DNA of 63,095 bases, counting the filler, from Vannella sp. (taxonomy: Eukaryota), in NCBI GenBank assembly GCA_023345925.1. It is 8 parts of 8 records of this genome, joined end to end, with 100 filler letters (N's around TTAATTAATTAA, not from the genome) between each part and the next. Parts side by side here need not be neighbours in the genome. Positions count along the whole stretch, not along the records: positions 54,577 to 60,583 come from JAJQQN010000927.1; positions 60,684 to 63,095 come from JAJQQN010000838.1; 6 more parts are not named here. One strand, written 5' to 3'. Position 1 is the first letter of the stretch. Each line of letters begins with the position of its first letter. This document shows, one piece after another, positions 56,964 to 63,095 of this stretch. Below the pieces are notes generated by a model. The model was not told the DNA's origin, did no database searches, and was given only the letters and a program-made list of their open reading frames with translations. The translations under genes and the position numbers were made by a program.

Positions 56964-57144
56964 CAGGCTTGGTTATTGCTAAGCAACAAGCAGCATTAAG
57001 GATTTAGGGATAACAGCTGATATGATGGGGATCAAAGAACTAAAACACTGAACGATTCAGGGATGGTTTTTTGGCAAGCAATAAGGAGCATTAGCCATCC
57101 CTGAATCCTTATTGCTTCTTATTGCTAAGCAATAACCAAGCCTG
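56964..57144. mobile_element. MITE-like 181-bp non-coding element with ~48-bp terminal inverted repeats
   Basis: The left arm 56964-57011 matches the reverse complement of 57097-57144 at 43/48 positions, the first 17 perfectly (CAGGCTTGGTTATTGCT). No target-site duplication seen. Confidence 0.6.
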
Positions 57145-57401
57145 GTAAACAAGGCCATTGCGGGGAAAGTGTGAATACTTGGGATTTTGTCCCCGATGAG
57201 GTGAACACCAATGTGAGACGTTCGGTGGGGATTGTTCACCATACTAGCGAATACAAGATTGAGAAGAGGATTGAATTCTTCGTGGACTCTAATGAACTGT
57301 TTCTCAGCTCTTTCTCGCCAAAAGATGATCTGTCGAGTCACCCCAGCAAAGTCATGGTCATCGCATCAAAGGTTTTTTACAGAGGAGTGGTTAAGATGGG
57401 G

Positions 57402-59312
57402 TTATGTGCATAGTTGAGTAGTGGCGTTGACTAGCTCAGGAATGTCCCAACTGTGGCGAGAGAGGTCCACTTGGGACCAGTCCTCCTCTGACTGGTTGGG
57501 AACCCAAATGAAGTTGTCAGGAGTGTGAAAGTCATTTTGCTGATTCTTTCCGTACCGAGCGGAGAAGAGAGCGTCCACTCGAGCGTTCAGATTGACACCA
57601 ATGAAGTCGTATGCACTTATCAAAGCTTCTTCCAAGGATGACAGGGCCGCAGTCACGCAAGCCTTTTTCACCAGATGCTCACACTGGCAAAGATTGTTGA
57701 GCATGCTGGTGTGGTTTTGGCACTGAGAGAAGAAATGGGACGTGTGGAGCAAGCTGTCGCACCCATTCAACGACAAGTTTCCTTTGAGAAAGCTGACCAC
57801 TTCAATGTAGTTGATGTTCAGAACAGATGCCATGTACCTGTACATGGGAACGCGCATGCCAAACGGAAAGATCTCAATCAGAGTGCTTCTGGGCGCCATC
57901 AGAATCTGATTGGCCAGCCCTGCCCCATGAACGATTGCATAGACGTCCACCTCTGATATCTGGCGCATCTCAGCTTCGTAGCTATCCCACTTCGAGAAGG
58001 AGCGAACAATGACCGGTGTGAGCCCGTAGTAACTGACCATTTCAGCGAACGCCTCGTGATTAATCCAGTTCCGGCTCACACCCCAGCCACGGAAGTCGAT
58101 CAGAACCTTGCCTGAGAAGTTTGGTTGGCTGGTCCCGTTCGTGAGTCCCTTCGGGGCTGGGAATGGCACTCCCATCATTTCAAAGAGCTTAGTTCGGTAC
58201 AAGTGGGCAGCCTTCCATCCAGAGAATAGGCGAGGCTTCTGGGAGGATAAAACGCCTTCCCTGAAGCAAAGCAGATTGCTCCCATCCACAGAAACATTGG
58301 CGTTCTTGCGTGGCGCCGGTTCGAAGTTCTTCCGGTCTTCTTCTGTTAAGGGAAAGTTCAGGTACTCTTCAGGGATCTTATCAGACCCCTGCATCGACTG
58401 TGAGACATCAAGATCGGCGGCTTTCAGCCACTGCCTGTTCAAGAACTGAGTTTGGGGCTCGACCAAAGCTCGAAGTACTGGCCGTTCCCACCTCGGCAGT
58501 ACGTAAGACCAGCGATGGAGAAACACCAAGTCCATGTGAGGGAGCTTCGCACCGTAAGGAAGCGTCTCGTTGAGCATCTGGATGTCCCAAAGGCCGAATG
58601 TCTCCATCCCAAAGTGCCAAAGGTTCTCCGTGTTCTGGATCACGGGAGCAAAGTACACTCCTCCTTCCGTGATCTCAATCGTCTCCGATTGCTCTCCCAA
58701 ATCCAAGGGACTCACCACTCGCGGCCTGGGCTGCACAACACCCAAGTAAATGAGATGAAGCGGCAAGAAGGTCGAAGGGGCAGGCGGGTACGGTGAGGGG
58801 TCCCAGTACACATAGTCAAAGGTTGAAAAGCACTCAGGTCCTATCAGAGGCTCTGACTCGCTTCCACGAGGCCTTGAAGGGTCGAGGAAGATCATGCTTA
58901 GCCCATCAAAGCAGAAGTTCTTGTACGTGCAGATCTCTGTAAGGTCGTCTCTTGTGTAGCACTTCCATGTGGTCTTCCACTGTTCTATAGGCGAGTGTTT
59001 GAGAGGGGGTAAAGGAGGGGGGAGAACTAAGGACGGTGAGCTGCTCGTTGACTTGGTCGTGCGGGTCGAGCTCAGGTCAGGCACAAATGGATCACTTTCC
59101 TTCTCTCCAGCAGCCAGACCAGTCTCCGGATCGATGCCCATCTCACGCAGAGTAGCTTCCAACTCCTCCACCCGCTCAAAGTTAGGCAGGCTCTTTCCCG
59201 ACTCCAAAGACTCCCAGAACGTCTGCCCAATCAAGATGATTAGCAACACCAAGAGGAGCATAACAACACGCCACCCAGCAACCATGCTTCCGAACGAATG
59301 GCGTAGAACCAT
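57402..59312 (-). CDS. Type II membrane glycosyltransferase of family GT61 (DUF563; EOGT/POMGNT2-like)
   Basis: N-terminal TM segment, ICTYKNFCFD, NLWHFGME, RNWINH and VYAIVHGAGLANQILMAPRSTLIEIFP. Confidence 0.85.
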   Translation of the reverse strand: MVLRHSFGSMVAGWRVVMLLLVLLIILIGQTFWESLESGKSLPNFERVEELEATLREMGIDPETGLAAGEKESDPFVPDLSSTRTTKSTSSSPSLVLPPPLPPLKHSPIEQWKTTWKCYTRDDLTEICTYKNFCFDGLSMIFLDPSRPRGSESEPLIGPECFSTFDYVYWDPSPYPPAPSTFLPLHLIYLGVVQPRPRVVSPLDLGEQSETIEITEGGVYFAPVIQNTENLWHFGMETFGLWDIQMLNETLPYGAKLPHMDLVFLHRWSYVLPRWERPVLRALVEPQTQFLNRQWLKAADLDVSQSMQGSDKIPEEYLNFPLTEEDRKNFEPAPRKNANVSVDGSNLLCFREGVLSSQKPRLFSGWKAAHLYRTKLFEMMGVPFPAPKGLTNGTSQPNFSGKVLIDFRGWGVSRNWINHEAFAEMVSYYGLTPVIVRSFSKWDSYEAEMRQISEVDVYAIVHGAGLANQILMAPRSTLIEIFPFGMRVPMYRYMASVLNINYIEVVSFLKGNLSLNGCDSLLHTSHFFSQCQNHTSMLNNLCQCEHLVKKACVTAALSSLEEALISAYDFIGVNLNARVDALFSARYGKNQQNDFHTPDNFIWVPNQSEEDWSQVDLSRHSWDIPELVNATTQLCT

Positions 59313-60583
59313 CCCATCACATCCGCTCGATGCTGATTGGTTGAACCGTTCCAAGTTGGATCGTGCTCAATTGGGACAGGACAAGCTTTTTTTGTAACCT
59401 ATGATCAGAGGACATAAAAAGATTCCTATCCTTCGTTGTCCAAAGGACTGTAAGCCCGCTTTGGGATCGGGGGTGATTCTCCTTTCCTTCGCTTAGGAGG
59501 TGTGCTGGCTTAACCAGCAAAGCGGAATTCTCTCAGCATGACGCAAGAGCACGAGGTGGAACTACGTTGAACGTGGTAGGTAGTCGGCAGCACTTCCCCT
59601 GCTCGAGTCTGGGAAGAACGAGAGGACACAGATTGAACGTCCACAACCAGGACGGTTGGTCGAAAGGACAAGCAGGCCGTATCCGATCCGGCCTCCACAA
59701 GGAGGATGCGGTTTCCCCGACTAAATCCGTTTCCAAACAAAAAAGAGGAATCTACCATAAACGTTGTTCCCCTTTGGTCCTCCACCGTCGGTCCAGTCCT
59801 CTAACCGTCCTCCCTCTTTGCGTGCCTCCGAGAGGTCGATCTGTCCTCTAATAATGTAAGCCTGGTTGGAGAAGTCCAGTTTCTACTTCTCTAAACAACG
59901 TCAGAATTCTCAATTTGGCTCATGGCATCGAAATTGGGACGTTTCAGACCGTATCCGAAGCGCCATCTATCTCTGCTTTGGTTTCTGTCCGTTGATACAG
60001 GAGAATGTCTCACTTTGGCGTTCCTCCCACTCTTATCTGCCTCACAAAGGGCACGATTACCAACCCAGCCGATCACGGAGAAGAGAGTTCCAAGATGGCC
60101 AGACCTCTCGGCAACTTGTTCAGATTGTATGGAGAGTAGAAGTAGGAAGGCAAAGAGTTGGGGCAACAGAAAGTACCCAAGACGATCCGCTTCGTAGAAG
60201 AAGAAGAAAAAATTGGTCTCAAATCATCGTGGTCTACTCCATACTTGCTTCATTAGCAAAAGCAAGTTTGAGGCTGCAATTTTGCCTTTGCAGAATCAGA
60301 ATCAGCATTCTGATTCTCAAAGAGCGTGACTCACTTGTGTACTTTCCTTATTGCGATTCACAATTTGGATGTTGCCCATCAAACACTGTCTGACAACAAG
60401 ATGTAATAATCTAATGGTGTTTCTAAGCAAATATTGAAGTTCAATTTCAGCCCACAACGGGTTGTGGCCAGCTATTTGAAAGAAATGCGACAAAACTGTA
60501 CTGTTTCTATGTGCATTATTCAAGGGGAATGTTGGCTTCTGGAACATCCCAGCTGTGGAGAGAGAGGTCCTCTTGAGACCAGT

Positions 60584-60683
60584 NNNNNNNNNNNNNNNNN
60601 NNNNNNNNNNNNNNNNNNNNNNNNNNNTTAATTAATTAANNNNNNNNNNNNNNNNNNNNNNNNNNNNNNNNNNNNNNNNNNNN
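60584..60683. other. Artificial contig spacer
   Basis: N44-TTAATTAATTAA-N44. Confidence 0.99.
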
Positions 60684-60913
60684 CAAGCGACGAGGACCTC
60701 ATCGCGGAGAAGTCACGAGTGGCGAGGGCATTTCCCCTTGTTTGGTCCAAGCAACTCAAAAGTGAAAAAATGAAATCAGTCCAAAAGCTTATCTTGAAGA
60801 GATGGAGGTCATCAGGGCAAAAAAAGCAGAAGGCGGTTGGAATGGAATCATTCTTTGTTGTCCTCAGCGGGACAAGTTGGCTACTTGGACTGTGTACTAG
60901 AAGTAGCTTGGAG

Positions 60914-62766
60914 ATGCCCCACGATGAGACTCTGAGCAAATTGATGGATGATCATCGCTTTCAGTTGCTTGAGAGCCGCATGACAGCTTCTTCCAACAAC
61001 TTGACTTCCCCTCCCCCATTCCAGCCCTCCCTTGACGGTGACAACTCTCTCAGCTCCTCTAAGATGGTACGACTAGTCCCACTCACTAACTACGCCTCAC
61101 TCTCGACCAGGATGAATCAGCCGACAGCTCAACGAACCCAAAGAGGCGCAACTTCTCCGTGGAGGAAGACCAGCTCATCCTTGAGGTAGGCCTCTGCAGT
61201 CGTAACGTACATAGCTTTGCACTCATGCTAAGGTGGATGGTAGGGCTACGAAAAGTACCCCGAGGACTGGGAGAACGTCCTAGCCTTCACCAAACTGGAT
61301 CGTACAGCGCACCAGATCAAGGGCCGCTTTAGAAGAATCAGACCTCGTGCCCAAGTAGGGGAATCTCCTCCTCGCAAGGTCCAGAAGACTTCTCTAGCTA
61401 CCAGCGGCTCAAGTGTCCCCTTCCAACCGCAGAAGGAGGAGGAGACCGACGCTCCTGCTCCTACTGCTCCTGCTGTACCGTTGATTGAGTCCAATTCATT
61501 GACTGAGACTCGAACGAGTCTCTTGGCATTGATCAAAGAGAACGCTGAGACAGAGTACCGCTTGAAACAGCTCCAAGTGTGGGAGAATTCGTTCCGCTTG
61601 GGCAAGGCGGTGTTCAAGTCGCACACCTTTGCGATTGAGTCAGAATGGGAAGATGGGTCTGCATTCCAGCAGCTGTACATCAAGAGAACTCAATTGCAGA
61701 GCAAGAAGAAGCGGATGGAAGCCAAGAAGAACGAGAAGAAGGCTCATCTTATTTCCCTTAGCAAAGAGGTCGTCCGTCGCCAACTCCTTGCCATCACTAG
61801 AGAGGAAGCGGATCTGGAAACGCAACTGCAAGAGCTGGAGCTGGAGAAGAGACTCCATCAGAAGCAGATCAAACTGCTGCAGGACCAAGAGAAATCTCAC
61901 TTTAGGGCCCATCCTGTCCTCCACCAGAAGTATGCGCTGAAGAATCTTCTCGGCTGTGGTGGCTTCAGTGAGGTCTTTGCTGCTTACGACATTGTGAGGC
62001 TTCGGGATGTGGCTTGCAAGGTCCATCAATTGAATAAGAACTGGACGGACGAGAAGAAGACCAAATACCGGGAACATGCTATCCGAGAGCGCACAATTCT
62101 GGAGGGAATGGATCACCACAGAGTCGTCCACTTTTATGATGTGTTTCGGGTTGATGCGTCCTCTTACTGTACCATTTTGGAGTATTGTGATGAAGGTGAC
62201 TTGGACTCTCGCCTCAAAGAACGCAACAAGCTATCAGAGAAAGAAGCGCGCTGCATTACTGCCCAGATTGTGGAAGGTCTGGTGTATCTCAATCAGTTAG
62301 AGACTCCTGTGATCCACTTAGACCTCAAACCTGGCAACATTCTCTTCCACAAAGGCGAAGTGAAGATTACTGACTTTGGCATCTCCAAGATAGTGGGCAA
62401 CTCCCCGGACGGAATGGTAGAGTCCACTATCGACAACGTAGATGTTGTTGGCTACTTGCCACCTGAATGCCATGGAATGTTCTCTGGCGGGAAGATATCG
62501 CCCAAGGTCAGTCACTGCTCCCCCCCCACTCCTTCTGACCCGGTTCTCAGGTGGATGTCTGGTCTCTGGGTGTCATCTGCTACCAAATGCTGTTTGGTGT
62601 GAGGCCCTTTGAGACGACTTTGTCCTTCCATCAGCCACTCCAGTTTCCCGGCAAAATCTCGGAGGACTGCAAGTCATTCATTCAACTTTGCCTCACATGC
62701 GACCCCGCTGCTCGCCCTGATGTCTTGCATATCGCAAAGAGCCCGTTTGTGTGCATGAAGAAGTAA
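60914..62766 (+). CDS. TLK: Tousled-like Ser/Thr kinase with an N-terminal Myb/SANT-like domain and a coiled coil; 4 exons
   Basis: LLGCGGFSEVF, VACKVHQLNKNWTDEKK, HAIRE, TILEYC, IHLDLKPGNIL, ITDFGISK, YLPPEC and KISPK/VDVWSLGVI. Upstream exons 60914-61066, 61111-61185 and 61244 onward splice in frame. Confidence 0.85.
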
Positions 62767-62802
62767 AGAGTGGAAGCTCCAGAGAGACACAGAGGGAGGG
62801 AG

Positions 62803-63095
62803 ATGCCACGTCATCATTTTATGGGAGCCCTTTGCGCTTGGTTGGTGCTCGCTCTCTTCTGTGGCGTCGCCCTCAGCCAGAGTGAGGGTGAAGAGATGGG
62901 AAAGTATAAAGTAGAGTTCCTCTCCACTCCTACCACGGTAGAAGCCATCCGGAGGGGAGCTAGCCCTGGCGCAGAGCTCGTACCCATGCGCGCTGGGGAC
63001 GGAAGGTCCTATCTCTGCTCCTTGCCAGTCTCGAAGGAAACAGAAGAGCCTGAAGAAGAAGTACTCCTTCCTCTCTATGATACGAAGGAGTGAGG
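62803..63095 (+). CDS. OS-9/ERLEC1-like ER lectin N-terminus, truncated by the window end
   Basis: Signal peptide followed by KYKVEF...VPMRAGDGRSYLCSLP, typical of OS-9 N-termini. Confidence 0.55.

Overview
This window is not one continuous locus. It holds eight eukaryotic contig pieces joined by artificial 100-nt spacers (44 N + TTAATTAATTAA + 44 N), so gene neighbourhoods across spacers mean nothing. The DNA is very gene-dense, about 50% GC, with short (mostly 40-65 nt) GT-AG introns carrying CTRAC-like branch points. This fits a compact protist genome; the Clu-domain and RhoGAP/cNMP architectures point tentatively to an amoebozoan (inference). Recognisable housekeeping genes are TAF2, UPRT, PDHB, ATAD5/Elg1, RPS14, ATP13A1/Spf1, mitochondrial RF1, NDUFA5, a ZDHHC, a DH-PH RhoGEF, a hexose-6-P mutarotase, an SLC35E/TPT transporter, a GT61 and an OS-9-like lectin. 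The strongest leads are: (1) an RNF213/mysterin-like giant AAA+/E3 with an intact RZ finger but no visible RING; (2) an LRR gene, fragmented in the ORF track, with one LRR per 72-nt symmetric phase-2 exon; (3) a Myb/telobox-like domain fused to a Tousled-like kinase; (4) a RhoGAP-cNBD-GRAM/PH-cNBD protein echoing the Dictyostelium GbpC/D module; (5) a Clu-TPR-jelly-roll-SPRY-LRR protein; (6) a 181-bp MITE-like foldback element; (7) tandem genes only 36-111 nt apart with a recurrent (T/G)CATT initiator-like motif. All calls come from reading motifs by eye; no searches were run.
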